From a virus: 42,596 nt of DNA. Shown here in pieces: positions 17,802 through 26,802 of this stretch (position 1 is the stretch's first letter; every line of letters begins with the position of its first letter). The notes beneath the pieces are model-generated. The model was not told the origin of the DNA. It saw only the letters and a program-made list of their open reading frames with translations, and made no database searches. Location of the stretch: positions 1 through 42,596 of IMG/VR virus record IMGVR_UViG_3300049215_000034; one strand, written 5' to 3'. The translations under genes were made by a program, and so were the position numbers.

Positions 17802-18104
17802 CTAAAGCGCTACGGCAGCCGCTTGCGCTTCCGCCAGACTGAATATCCCCGCCGTTGACGTGACCTGAAGTTGCTCCGCGCCGCCTGAATTAAGCACGGT
17901 GAGCGAAATCCCCGTCCCGGCAACCATGACCGACGCCAGATAGCTTTGCAGCGTCGAATTTACCGTCACCTTGACCGTCCCCGAAACACCCTGGTTCGCG
18001 TTGATCTGGTTCGCAATATACAGCAGGTCAGCCATGACCTGCGACGCGTCCGCGATCTGACCATTGACCAGGGTATAAGGAAGCGGAAGATTGACGACTG
18101 CCAT
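17802..18104 (-). CDS. Small tail-fibre-like N-terminal module protein (100 aa)
   Basis: LVNGQIADASQVMADLLYIANQIN resembles N-terminal segments seen in phage fibre proteins. Confidence 0.5.
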   Translation of the reverse strand: MAVVNLPLPYTLVNGQIADASQVMADLLYIANQINANQGVSGTVKVTVNSTLQSYLASVMVAGTGISLTVLNSGGAEQLQVTSTAGIFSLAEAQAAAVAL

Positions 18105-18106
18105 CG

Positions 18107-19951
18107 TTACGCCGGGTTCTGGTCGTTCATATACTCAAGGTCTTCGGTGCGGAAACGCGCTGGGCCGATCTTGAATTTCTGCCCCAGCGGCCCCGAGAAA
18201 TAGCACCCCGCTTCTTTATACACCACGGGCTCAGTCCAGTCTATGTTGTAGGTTCTTAAGCCAATTAAGGCTCCAGACCAGTTGGCCGCGCCCCAGATAA
18301 ACTGCCCCCAGCGGGTCGGATTATTGGGCACGATCGATGCTATGCCGGCGACGCCCTGCGTTGACGAAATGATCTGCGCCAGCCATGGCTGCGCGACCGC
18401 ACCGAACTGAATATTGACCGTGCTTTCCACGATCGACTTCATAATCATCCCGGTATCCTGGGGAAACAGCGTGGACTGGAGCACGCCGGTCATCTGCTGC
18501 CCCAGCTCCAGGTAAGTATCGGTGCTGACCGGATCCACGTTTGAGAAATAAAGCGCACCAGGCAGCCGGTTGGATGCCAGCACGAAGCCGTCGTTCATCG
18601 GTACAGCACAGTCGTAGTTGAACGTATGCGGACCGCTCCACTGCATAATCTCGTAATCGAACCAATAGTCGCAAAATTGCACTGAGCCCGTCAGCACATT
18701 CGGGACCGTCTGGAGCGAGAGCCGCAGCACCGTGTTGTTGAACGCGGCGCAGACCCGCGACGGCACCTGCGCCTGCTGGAACGGCGAACGCACATTCGGC
18801 ATCGGCGCAGACGAAATATTGCCCTGAAAGTCAATATTACGAACACCATCGTTCGCCATGAAAGACAGGCCGGTCGGCGTCTGCAAAACCGTGCGCGGCG
18901 CGCTACAGCCCACGCCGCCGATGGGGCCGTTCAGCAGCAGATCGCTTGACGCCGCATCGCCCGTAACCTGCCAATAGCCGTAGCTCGACTTGAACGCCAT
19001 CAGCGCGGCGAGCAAGCCGCCTTGGGTCTGCTGAAGCGGCAAGGTGCCGAGGCTGGTAATCGGCGTGCCAGGATCGCCGCAGGTCAGGAACTGCGTCGCC
19101 GCCGACAAGACCACGGGGTTCAGCCCGTCGCTGTAGTACAGCAGGTTGTTGCACGCGTAGTACGCGCGGTTATTGAACTGCTTCACAAAGTTGGGGACGC
19201 TTGGGAGATTGTTTATACTTGTATCGCCCGCGTTCCACAGCGGCGCGCTCGGCGTGCCGCCGGTCACGGTGTAGGTCTGCCCAGCCGTCGTGCCGGTAGC
19301 GGCCTGTGAAATAGTGATGCTCAAACCGCCGGATGCGATCGAATCGATATAGGTGCCGGATGGGATGTCGGTGCCGGTAATCAGCATCCCAGGCTGCCAG
19401 CCGGCCAGCAGCACATTGGACGACAGGCTGTTGATCGTTGTGTTGCTGTTGGTGTTGCCGGTGATCGACGAACTGCTGAAGCTGGAAATGTCAAACCAGC
19501 CGAACTTGACCGTACCGCCCGCGAAGCCGGGGTGTGTGACGATAAGGCGTCCGCCTACGCTGTCCATGGTCGGCGGCGTCCACGCGCCCACGGTTGCCTG
19601 GGTCGTCGGTGTGTTGGCGTTAGCGACGTTGGAAATGGTGATGAAGCTCAACGTCGCCGTGTCAAAACAGAACGGCTCGTCTTTCTGAAAATACCGCGCG
19701 CTGCCGATCATGCCGTAGATGCGCGTGCCGACATTGAACATCACCGACACGACGCTGGGCGAAAGGAAGCCGGGGAACGTCGTCAGCCGGGATGCGCTCG
19801 GACGCCCGAGATAAAATCCCGGCGTCGTGATGTCATGCACCAGATTTTGCAGGACGAAGCACATGCCCTGCGGCGCCTGCTCGCCGTCGAGATTGTCGCA
19901 CAACCCCTGCGGCCGGAACGTGAAAGCGTTGGCGGGAAGCGCGCTTCCCAT
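18107..19951 (-). CDS. Large tail protein, nozzle / tail-tubular-B-like by size and position
   Basis: 614-aa beta-rich ORF following a 256-aa partner, the gp11/gp12-like order of podoviruses. No sequence-level proof. Confidence 0.55.
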   Translation of the reverse strand: MGSALPANAFTFRPQGLCDNLDGEQAPQGMCFVLQNLVHDITTPGFYLGRPSASRLTTFPGFLSPSVVSVMFNVGTRIYGMIGSARYFQKDEPFCFDTATLSFITISNVANANTPTTQATVGAWTPPTMDSVGGRLIVTHPGFAGGTVKFGWFDISSFSSSSITGNTNSNTTINSLSSNVLLAGWQPGMLITGTDIPSGTYIDSIASGGLSITISQAATGTTAGQTYTVTGGTPSAPLWNAGDTSINNLPSVPNFVKQFNNRAYYACNNLLYYSDGLNPVVLSAATQFLTCGDPGTPITSLGTLPLQQTQGGLLAALMAFKSSYGYWQVTGDAASSDLLLNGPIGGVGCSAPRTVLQTPTGLSFMANDGVRNIDFQGNISSAPMPNVRSPFQQAQVPSRVCAAFNNTVLRLSLQTVPNVLTGSVQFCDYWFDYEIMQWSGPHTFNYDCAVPMNDGFVLASNRLPGALYFSNVDPVSTDTYLELGQQMTGVLQSTLFPQDTGMIMKSIVESTVNIQFGAVAQPWLAQIISSTQGVAGIASIVPNNPTRWGQFIWGAANWSGALIGLRTYNIDWTEPVVYKEAGCYFSGPLGQKFKIGPARFRTEDLEYMNDQNPA

Positions 19952-19954
19952 GGC

Positions 19955-20725
19955 TTAGACCGTCGTTTTTGTATACGGGAGATTGCGCCCGGGGCCGCGG
20001 AAATAGCGCCGGTCAAGCTTGACCTGCATCCCGAAATTTTCCTTGTCGTCCATCATCTTTGAATAGCGCGAGATGGACCCGGGATCGCCCATCGAGCCAA
20101 ACAGGCGATTATAAAATTCCTGGTAGCGCTTATCGCCCGTGATGCGCATCAGCCCCATCGCTACGCCATCGATCAGGATGTCCTGGTTCGGGAACCAGGG
20201 TGTCGTCGTCCCGAACGCCGAAGTCGCGATGTCGTTCGGCTGGTACTGATTACGAATCGTTAGCTGCAAGGTCTGCTGCGCAGGCGGGTAAAACGCGATC
20301 TGCGAAGTCGCAAGTGTGGGGCTGCCAGTTGCGTCGCAGCTATAGAAATAGGGATAGTTGGAAATCCCCTGCCCCTGAAACAGACAGTCGTAATCCGACA
20401 GCGGGATCTGGGTCAGGTAAAAAATGACGCCATTGACGTTGTAAAACACCGAATGGGTGCGCAAATATCTCGCCCCGCTCAGTACCGGCGTCGCACTCGA
20501 CGGCAGCGCAAGTAAATACCATGAACCTGCGGGCAGGCCCGGGCCGGTCCCAGTCGCTACACCAATCGTAAAATTCTGGAAGGTATAAGCCGCGGACGGA
20601 AAATCGTAATTCTGCGCGAGCGTCTCCAGCCAGCGATTAAGAAGCTGCTGACCCTGCGAAACGAAGCCGGGACACTTGGCGATCTGGCACGCAAGCGTGA
20701 CAATCTCTGAAGCCGTCTGCGGCAT
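19955..20725 (-). CDS. Tail adaptor / tail-tubular-A-like protein by position
   Basis: 256-aa ORF immediately upstream of the 614-aa tail protein. Confidence 0.5.
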   Translation of the reverse strand: MPQTASEIVTLACQIAKCPGFVSQGQQLLNRWLETLAQNYDFPSAAYTFQNFTIGVATGTGPGLPAGSWYLLALPSSATPVLSGARYLRTHSVFYNVNGVIFYLTQIPLSDYDCLFQGQGISNYPYFYSCDATGSPTLATSQIAFYPPAQQTLQLTIRNQYQPNDIATSAFGTTTPWFPNQDILIDGVAMGLMRITGDKRYQEFYNRLFGSMGDPGSISRYSKMMDDKENFGMQVKLDRRYFRGPGRNLPYTKTTV

Positions 20726-20728
20726 CCA

Positions 20729-21160
20729 TCAGGTCGCCTTCTTTTCCAGGTCCGCGATCAGTTTCTTCTGGTCCTCAATCTGGCGACGCACCTTCGCCAG
20801 CGCCTGCTTCTGCGCCTCGCAATTGGCGACATCCCCGGCCACGGGGGTAGGATTCCGGCGCGCTGCATCCTGGTTCGTAGTTTTGAGCTTGATCGTCCCT
20901 TCCAGGTTCGCGATATCGTTCGTAATGCTCTCGGCTACGCCTTCCTGCACGATAAGCTGGTTCCTGGCACGCGGGAGTTCAAAGCGCGCGATCTGGCGAT
21001 CCATGACATCGGCCAGCTTATCAAGCTCCGCCGCCCAGTCCGCGCGCGTCGCGCCAAGCGCGAAGTTGAATTGCAGGCTGACGCTTTTACCATCGCCCAG
21101 GTTAGCCTGGTATACCGCGAGGTAGCCGGGCTTACCTTCTTCCGTCACGACGCCACTCAT
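20729..21160 (-). CDS. Hypothetical head/neck protein (143 aa)
   Basis: ATGA overlap with the upstream gene. C-terminal coiled coil (AQKQALAKVRRQIEDQKKLIADLEKK). Confidence 0.55.
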   Translation of the reverse strand: MSGVVTEEGKPGYLAVYQANLGDGKSVSLQFNFALGATRADWAAELDKLADVMDRQIARFELPRARNQLIVQEGVAESITNDIANLEGTIKLKTTNQDAARRNPTPVAGDVANCEAQKQALAKVRRQIEDQKKLIADLEKKAT

Positions 21161-21576
21161 TGACCGTACGCCACACCAGGAGTTGTCAGGTACGCAGGAT
21201 TGCGTACTGACCCGGCGCCGTAGCTATTGGCGCCGCCGGTAGAATTTTCATGCTTCCAGGTCTGCGAAATGATGTCCCGCAGGGTCGCGGCCAGATCGAC
21301 CGGCACGTCGTAGGTACGATTGGCGAGGTAAATAACACCGTTGTAGACGACCCGATCGGAATGCGGCGCCACATTGATCGTAATGCTGACCAGCTCGACA
21401 TCCTTGCGGACATCCTTACCCTTCGACCAGTCGCCGCGCTTCGGCTTCGGGGCCGTCCCACGGCGCTGGAATGTCTCACCGCCGATCGTGATCGTGTCCG
21501 GCACGGCGCCGCCGGCCGCCTTGATCTGCTGGTTCAGTTCCTGGAAGAAATTTTTCTTCGTGTCGTCGTCGGACAT
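21157..21576 (-). CDS. Hypothetical head/neck protein (139 aa)
   Basis: ORF in the late arm between the capsid-proximal and tail genes. Confidence 0.55.
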   Translation of the reverse strand: MSDDDTKKNFFQELNQQIKAAGGAVPDTITIGGETFQRRGTAPKPKRGDWSKGKDVRKDVELVSITINVAPHSDRVVYNGVIYLANRTYDVPVDLAATLRDIISQTWKHENSTGGANSYGAGSVRNPAYLTTPGVAYGQ

Positions 21577-21585
21577 AGCCGCCCC

Positions 21586-22182
21586 TTAAGTCAGCAGGAA
21601 GGGAGCACCGGAATTGGCGCCCCCGCTATTGAACGAAACCGAATTCCCCGGAATCAGATAAGGGAACCCGAGATTGTCGAGCGCCAGAACGTCACCCGGC
21701 AGGATCTGCAAGGTGCCGCGGTTCGGCACGGTCAGAATGTACTGATTGACGCCGCCGGACAGCTTACCGCCAACCGCGACGTATTTCTGCGTCGTCGCGG
21801 CCGAATAAGAGGCGCGGTCAAGTGTGATCGTCGTCCCGGTCGCAGTCAGCACGCGCGTTCCCGGCGCGAGCCCCGGACCTGACACCAGCATCCCCGCCGT
21901 GATGGCGCTGATCGAGGCCGTCGAGGGCGACAGAAGCGTAAACGATGTGATGCTCGTCGCCCCGTTGGCGGCGATCGAGCCGGTGAAGATGATACCCGCC
22001 TGCACCGCGGCGCCGCCGCGATAGCGGACGATCTGCTGGTCGTCGATCACGCCATTGGCGATCGCGGCGAAGTCGCTGATCGAAGTGCCGGAAGTTATCT
22101 GGACGGCGGTGAGACCGGCGATCTGGGTCGTGAGCAAGCCGGCAATCTGGCTGGTGCCGAGCTGAAGGACTTTAACGGTCAT
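21586..22182 (-). CDS. Capsid-proximal beta-rich protein, decoration/adaptor candidate (198 aa)
   Basis: First gene after the major capsid gene. N-terminal duplication TSQIAGLLTTQIAGLTAVQ. Ser/Thr/Gly/Ala-rich. Confidence 0.55.
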   Translation of the reverse strand: MTVKVLQLGTSQIAGLLTTQIAGLTAVQITSGTSISDFAAIANGVIDDQQIVRYRGGAAVQAGIIFTGSIAANGATSITSFTLLSPSTASISAITAGMLVSGPGLAPGTRVLTATGTTITLDRASYSAATTQKYVAVGGKLSGGVNQYILTVPNRGTLQILPGDVLALDNLGFPYLIPGNSVSFNSGGANSGAPFLLT

Positions 22183-22202
22183 ATTTTACCCCTGCGGTGG
22201 AC

Positions 22203-22224
22203 GGGGAGCGCCGAAACGCTCCCC
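22203..22224 (-). terminator. Strong stem-loop directly downstream of the capsid gene (attenuator / mRNA-stabilising hairpin candidate)
   Basis: GGGGAGCG-ccgaaa-CGCTCCCC: a perfect 8-bp GC-rich stem in the 59-bp gap after the capsid stop. No U-tract follows on the transcribed strand. Confidence 0.35.
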
Positions 22225-22241
22225 GCACGCGGCCCCCACCT

Positions 22242-23675
22242 TTACGCGTAAGTCGAACTAAACGCGCTAGAGCTTTCAATTCGCATAAAAAATGATTGAT
22301 TTTGGATCAGAAAGCCCTCAAAGAACTTCCAAGCGACGACGCGCAACTGGTTGGCCGGATCCGATTTATCGGCTTCCTTGAGATAGAAGAACTTCACATT
22401 CTCCAGCTCAGTGATGCCGTACGCACCTTTGCCGATGACGAAGGTGGGATACACCGTCACACCAGTCGCCGGCGCTGCCGGGGGCACCTGCGCCGTGCCG
22501 GCCGCGGTGATGATGATCGTCGATCCCGGCGCAATCTGCACCGCCTGCCCCGCCATCGGTCCCACGGTCGGGCCAGACGTGCTGGCGCCCAGGGTCGTCA
22601 TGGCCGACGAGCTAGTGCCGACGTAGACGTTGTAGGTGTAGCCGGTCGTGGACGGTACGGTCACGGTGATCGAGCCGGTCGGGCCAGTCACTGAGATGCT
22701 CGACGAAATCTGGTAAATCAAGCTTTCATACTGAGTCGTCGAAAGCGAGCCCGTGACCTGGATGTAGTAGGTGCCCGTCGCAAGCGTACCCGACGTACCC
22801 GGCGAGCCGTTAACGGCGGCGACGCCGGTAAAGGTCGGAATCATATTGGACATCACGAAGCGCAGCCCGCCCCACTCACCCAACTCGAAATTATAGAGCC
22901 GATTGATGTCGCTGTACGACCAGGCGGTCGTGATGACGCTGTTCTCGCGCATGTCGGCCGCCACCAGCGGATGTATCATGGCGGTGTAGTGCGGCATGGA
23001 CCGCGGGCTGGACGACGCGCGGGCGCCGCCCATTTCGGCGTTCAGGGTCGTGTCGGTCTTCTCGGTGCCCTGATACATCGGCACGCCGTTGGTCATCAGC
23101 GCGGCGGTCGCGCGGTTGACTTCGTGAGGATTCAGCACGTCGCCGGCCTGGATCAGCGCGCGGCTGCCGCGGCTGTTGACGGTGTTGATCTGCGTGCCGC
23201 CCATCAGCCCGTTCATGGTATTGCGTTCGTGCGTTTCCGCGACTTGCAGCGCAGTCAGCTCGATCGCCTTCTGGAACAGGGGGTGCTTGATCGTCAGATT
23301 GGCGACATCGGTGACGGTGATCTTGTCGCCCCACTGGAGCGCGTTGCCGACAATCTGCTGGAGCGTCATGGTCTCGCCAACCGGCGGGACGCCTTCCGAC
23401 AAGGGCGCGAAGGGCAGCGGGACACGGGTGTAGCGAACTGCCGTGTACTGGGTGCCGCTGCCGGGCGGCAGCTTCAACTTGTCGGCAAACTGGTAAGCGA
23501 CGAGCTGCAACTGCGAGAGGGGCAGCGTCTTGTCTGCGATGTACTGGCTGACATCGGACGGCGCCGCCGCCGTGCCGTATGCGCCGGTATTGAAGCCGCT
23601 CGCCTGGTTAACGGCGAAAACGGCGCTGGTCACGCCGAAGCTCAGGCCGCGCAAACGGTTAATTTCGTACGACAT
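22242..23675 (-). CDS. Major capsid protein with an inserted Ser/Thr/Gly-rich domain
   Basis: 477 aa. Follows the scaffold gene, has a GGGGG Shine-Dalgarno and is followed by a hairpin. A ~120-aa beta-rich insertion lies at about aa 283-405. Confidence 0.75.
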   Translation of the reverse strand: MSYEINRLRGLSFGVTSAVFAVNQASGFNTGAYGTAAAPSDVSQYIADKTLPLSQLQLVAYQFADKLKLPPGSGTQYTAVRYTRVPLPFAPLSEGVPPVGETMTLQQIVGNALQWGDKITVTDVANLTIKHPLFQKAIELTALQVAETHERNTMNGLMGGTQINTVNSRGSRALIQAGDVLNPHEVNRATAALMTNGVPMYQGTEKTDTTLNAEMGGARASSSPRSMPHYTAMIHPLVAADMRENSVITTAWSYSDINRLYNFELGEWGGLRFVMSNMIPTFTGVAAVNGSPGTSGTLATGTYYIQVTGSLSTTQYESLIYQISSSISVTGPTGSITVTVPSTTGYTYNVYVGTSSSAMTTLGASTSGPTVGPMAGQAVQIAPGSTIIITAAGTAQVPPAAPATGVTVYPTFVIGKGAYGITELENVKFFYLKEADKSDPANQLRVVAWKFFEGFLIQNQSFFMRIESSSAFSSTYA

Positions 23676-23696
23676 AGATTGCCCCCGTGTTGAAGC

Positions 23697-24449
23697 TTAG
23701 ATCGCCCAGTCGGCTTCCTCTGCCCGCTGAACGATGGATTTGCCCGTGTTCGCGCGTCCGGTCGAATCGCCGCGCGCTGCGCGCCCCGTATTGCCGCGCG
23801 CATCACGCACCCGACGCTGCGCCGCATCCTTCTGCCCCTGGACCCGTTCGGATTTCAGCGTCTGCTCACCGATCAGGTGCGCCAGGATCGCCTCGCGCGG
23901 AACAAAAGCGCCGCCGTTAAGCGCGGTCTGGTGCCGACGATCAACTTCGTCGGCGTACTTCTCGAATTGCGGCTTGCGGGTCAGCAGGCGGTCGAACTTG
24001 CTCTGATCAGAAGCGCTCTGCGTCATCGCGCGCATCTGCGTGATGCCGTCCTGCGCCGTCTTGGTCTGCTTGGCGAGCTGATAGATCGCCTTCTGGTCAT
24101 CGGTCATCGCGGCCAGTGCTTCGCGCTCGACGCGATCAGCTTCGGCCTGCGCCGAAGCCTGCTGAGCAGCGCGTGCTGTCTCGCGTGCGGTCGCAGCCGC
24201 GGCTTCCGACGCGATGCGCGCCGTCTCGTCGCGGCGCTCAGCGGCGCGGGCCTCGATCGCCCGGCGCTTTTTCTCGGCTTCGGCCTTCGCGGCGTCTACG
24301 CCAGCGTCGGCCTCGCCGCCATCCTCGCCTATGGGATCCTGGGCGCCGCTGTCATCGGCAGCGTCATCCGCCGCGTCATCGACCTGATCGGCGGCGTCGT
24401 CCGCCGTATCGTCAACGTGGTCTTCAACGTCAGAGGCGCGAATGAACAT
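23697..24449 (-). CDS. Scaffolding protein
   Basis: 250 aa. Very acidic Asp/Ala N-terminus, then long Ala/Arg/Glu/Gln helices. Located between portal and capsid. Confidence 0.7.
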   Translation of the reverse strand: MFIRASDVEDHVDDTADDAADQVDDAADDAADDSGAQDPIGEDGGEADAGVDAAKAEAEKKRRAIEARAAERRDETARIASEAAAATARETARAAQQASAQAEADRVEREALAAMTDDQKAIYQLAKQTKTAQDGITQMRAMTQSASDQSKFDRLLTRKPQFEKYADEVDRRHQTALNGGAFVPREAILAHLIGEQTLKSERVQGQKDAAQRRVRDARGNTGRAARGDSTGRANTGKSIVQRAEEADWAI

Positions 24450-24452
24450 AGG

Positions 24453-24587
24453 TTATTCGTCCTTCTTGGACTTTTTGCCGGGATCGAGCACCGCCTGGAG
24501 CTTATCGCGCTGCTTTTTGAGCGCGCGTTCTTCTTCGTCCTTGACGATGGCGGGGTCACGCGGAGCGCCGGGTTCGGAATTTTTCAT
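24453..24587 (-). CDS. Small charged protein (44 aa)
   Basis: ORF below the track cutoff: MKNSEPGAPRDPAIVKDEEERALKKQRDKLQAVLDPGKKSKKDE. GAGGGGA Shine-Dalgarno upstream. Fills the portal-scaffold gap. Confidence 0.4.
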   Translation of the reverse strand: MKNSEPGAPRDPAIVKDEEERALKKQRDKLQAVLDPGKKSKKDE

Positions 24588-24651
24588 AGCAGGTCCCCTC
24601 ATGGGATGTGGATGCCAAGAGCCTTAAATCTACAGGTTGTGCGTCAATTCG

Positions 24652-26802
24652 TCAACCAGCCCTGCGGGGCATCCGGTTTGGGTCTTGAATCTGGTCGGAA
24701 TGGATTGCGCCGGGAGGCGCTTGCCCGCCGCGCGGCATTCCCGGCTGCGCGCCCGGCCGCGGCGCTCCGGGACCGCCCGGCCCCGCCATTTGTGCCTGTT
24801 GCGCCTGCTGTTTCGCCATCATCTGCGCCTGCTGCTTCATGACGTGGACGCGAAGCTGGCCGGTTGGATCGCCGGTCTTCTGCATTTCCGCCATGTGACT
24901 CTGGAGATGCTGAACGTCGTTGTCCATCGGGTGGACTTCCGCGATCATGTTGCCGGCCATGATCTGATTCTCAAGCTCAGGGGGAACCGAGAGCTGGTCG
25001 CGCGCGTCCACGATGATACGGGCGCCCAGGCGAGGGCCATAGACGTTTTCGACAAAGGCTTCCACGATCGGCGCCAGGTCGATCTTCTTCCCGTTGGGCA
25101 ACATGCCGCCGAACTGCCCCAACACGTTCAGCCCCGCAATCATCTGCTGGTTCGCTTGCTGCGAGCGCAGCACTTGCGATCCGCGCCACGCAAATTCATA
25201 GCGATCGTCCCAGGCGAACGGCGGAACTTTTTCGATCTTCGCCGCGATGCCGTCCTGCCCGTAGACCTTGACCGCCAATTCCACGTCGCGGAACTGCTGG
25301 TCGAGTTCAAAAAACATCTGGAGCAGCGGCGTAAAAATATCATCCTCCAACGTCAACACTTCATCGGTGATCGACGCCATCGCGACCATGCTCTCCTGCG
25401 CGACCACGGCCTGGGTCTGCTTGCCGCCACTCGATCCCATGGAAATCATCGCGGGATTGAGGCCGAACGCCTGCATGACCTGGCTGCGCGCCTCCGCGAC
25501 GATCTGAATCGCCTCTTTCCAGAGTTGCGGAAACTCGACGAACTTGGTGTCGTTGGGATTGGTCTGCCAGATCGCCGCGTTCGCCATCACCATCGACGCG
25601 AAATTGGGGTTTTTTTCGGGATCGGTCATGATGATCGGCAGGACCGAATACTGCGCGCTGTCCTGCGCCATATTCACGAAGTCGTTCGCCATGTACTGGA
25701 GCTGCTCGACCGCATCCACGGGGCTTTTGCCGAAAAAAGAGCCGTCGATACGCTGCCGTGCCTTGGAAATAATTGGGCAGCGGTCGTTCCAGTTAGGATT
25801 CACCGTCAAACCGAGACACAAATCCTCGCCGCCGAAGAAAGAGCGCGTCCAGCGCACCTTTTTCTCGATCGGCATCTTGGTCCAGATTTCAAAAATCACA
25901 TATTCGCGTCGTCCCGCATGGACCCGCACCCCGGCGCTCTCGGAAAGCTGTTTTTTGATGTTGCGCTGGTCAGCAGGGTCGTTCGACTGCGGTTTCTGTG
26001 CCAGGACTTTCTCCGCCATATCCTTCGAAAACAGCCCGTCCTTGACCGCGGCACGCAGTCCGGCGTCGCTGAAGTAGATTTTCCGCGCGACAATGGCGTC
26101 CGGCGCCGTTTCGATGTCGTCTATCGTCGCCGGCAGCACCACCAGATCACAATCCATAATAATGCTGACGTTGGGAAAGCCCGAAACGACCTTTTCATCC
26201 TCTACGTCCGTGAACGTGTCGGTGGGATCGTGGATCCCCTCCTCGACCATGGGGTGTTTCTCGACCTTTTTGGTGATGTAGCGCTCCAGGTCCACCCAAT
26301 CGACGTAGAGCGAGAACTGCCCTTCCACTTCACCGTTGCGCAACAGCGAGCGTGTCTTGCTGCGCAGGTTGGAACGGCGGACATAGTGATCCATCATGCC
26401 GATGATGCCGTGCGGATAGTCGCGCGGGCTCGTCACCAGATCGGTATACCGCCCTGTTTCGGGGAACAGCGTGTTGACGAAGCGCTGCACGCGCGCTTCG
26501 ATCGCGTCATGCACGATCGGGAGAAAAATCTGGGAATTGCCGGTATACGCCTGGTTGCTCGTCAGCTCGCAATTGTAGACGCGCCAGTAGCGCTGGGTGC
26601 AGGTGTTGCGCTCGTTTTTGTCCTGAAATCCCTCAAGGACCGTCTGGTACAGCTTGACGAGCTTGCGCTTGAACCCGCGGGTCTGCGACCAGTCCTTGTT
26701 GCGGCTCGCCGCCTTGACATCGGCAAGCGCGGACGGCGAAGTGTCGTCATCCAGCGCAGGCTCGTCGCCTACATCACGGTCGTTTGAGTTCGTGCCTGCC
26801 AT
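24652..26802 (-). CDS. Portal protein
   Basis: 716 aa from ATG 26802, with a GGGGG Shine-Dalgarno (the track start 26955 is an Arg-rich extension inside terL). Size and position between terL and scaffold/capsid. Gln/Ala/Pro/Gly-rich C-terminal tail. Confidence 0.8.
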   Translation of the reverse strand: MAGTNSNDRDVGDEPALDDDTSPSALADVKAASRNKDWSQTRGFKRKLVKLYQTVLEGFQDKNERNTCTQRYWRVYNCELTSNQAYTGNSQIFLPIVHDAIEARVQRFVNTLFPETGRYTDLVTSPRDYPHGIIGMMDHYVRRSNLRSKTRSLLRNGEVEGQFSLYVDWVDLERYITKKVEKHPMVEEGIHDPTDTFTDVEDEKVVSGFPNVSIIMDCDLVVLPATIDDIETAPDAIVARKIYFSDAGLRAAVKDGLFSKDMAEKVLAQKPQSNDPADQRNIKKQLSESAGVRVHAGRREYVIFEIWTKMPIEKKVRWTRSFFGGEDLCLGLTVNPNWNDRCPIISKARQRIDGSFFGKSPVDAVEQLQYMANDFVNMAQDSAQYSVLPIIMTDPEKNPNFASMVMANAAIWQTNPNDTKFVEFPQLWKEAIQIVAEARSQVMQAFGLNPAMISMGSSGGKQTQAVVAQESMVAMASITDEVLTLEDDIFTPLLQMFFELDQQFRDVELAVKVYGQDGIAAKIEKVPPFAWDDRYEFAWRGSQVLRSQQANQQMIAGLNVLGQFGGMLPNGKKIDLAPIVEAFVENVYGPRLGARIIVDARDQLSVPPELENQIMAGNMIAEVHPMDNDVQHLQSHMAEMQKTGDPTGQLRVHVMKQQAQMMAKQQAQQAQMAGPGGPGAPRPGAQPGMPRGGQAPPGAIHSDQIQDPNRMPRRAG

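Noticed and set aside
13871-19951. Diversity-generating retroelement or template/variable repeat pairs in the fibre genes
   Set aside because: No reverse transcriptase is encoded anywhere in the closed genome, and I saw no ~100-bp near-identical repeat pair with adenine-specific mismatches.
23877-24842. 321-aa plus-strand ORF across the scaffold gene and portal 3' end
   Set aside because: It crosses an intergenic gap and two real minus-strand genes and has a biased Arg/Leu/Gly composition. Antisense artefact.
24637-26787. 716-aa plus-strand ORF spanning the whole portal gene
   Set aside because: It is the exact codon-registered antisense of the portal gene, so its stops would correspond to the sense codons TTA, CTA and TCA, which this GC-rich genome avoids. 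The product is Arg/Leu/His-rich junk with no motifs and no Shine-Dalgarno. It is a shadow ORF.
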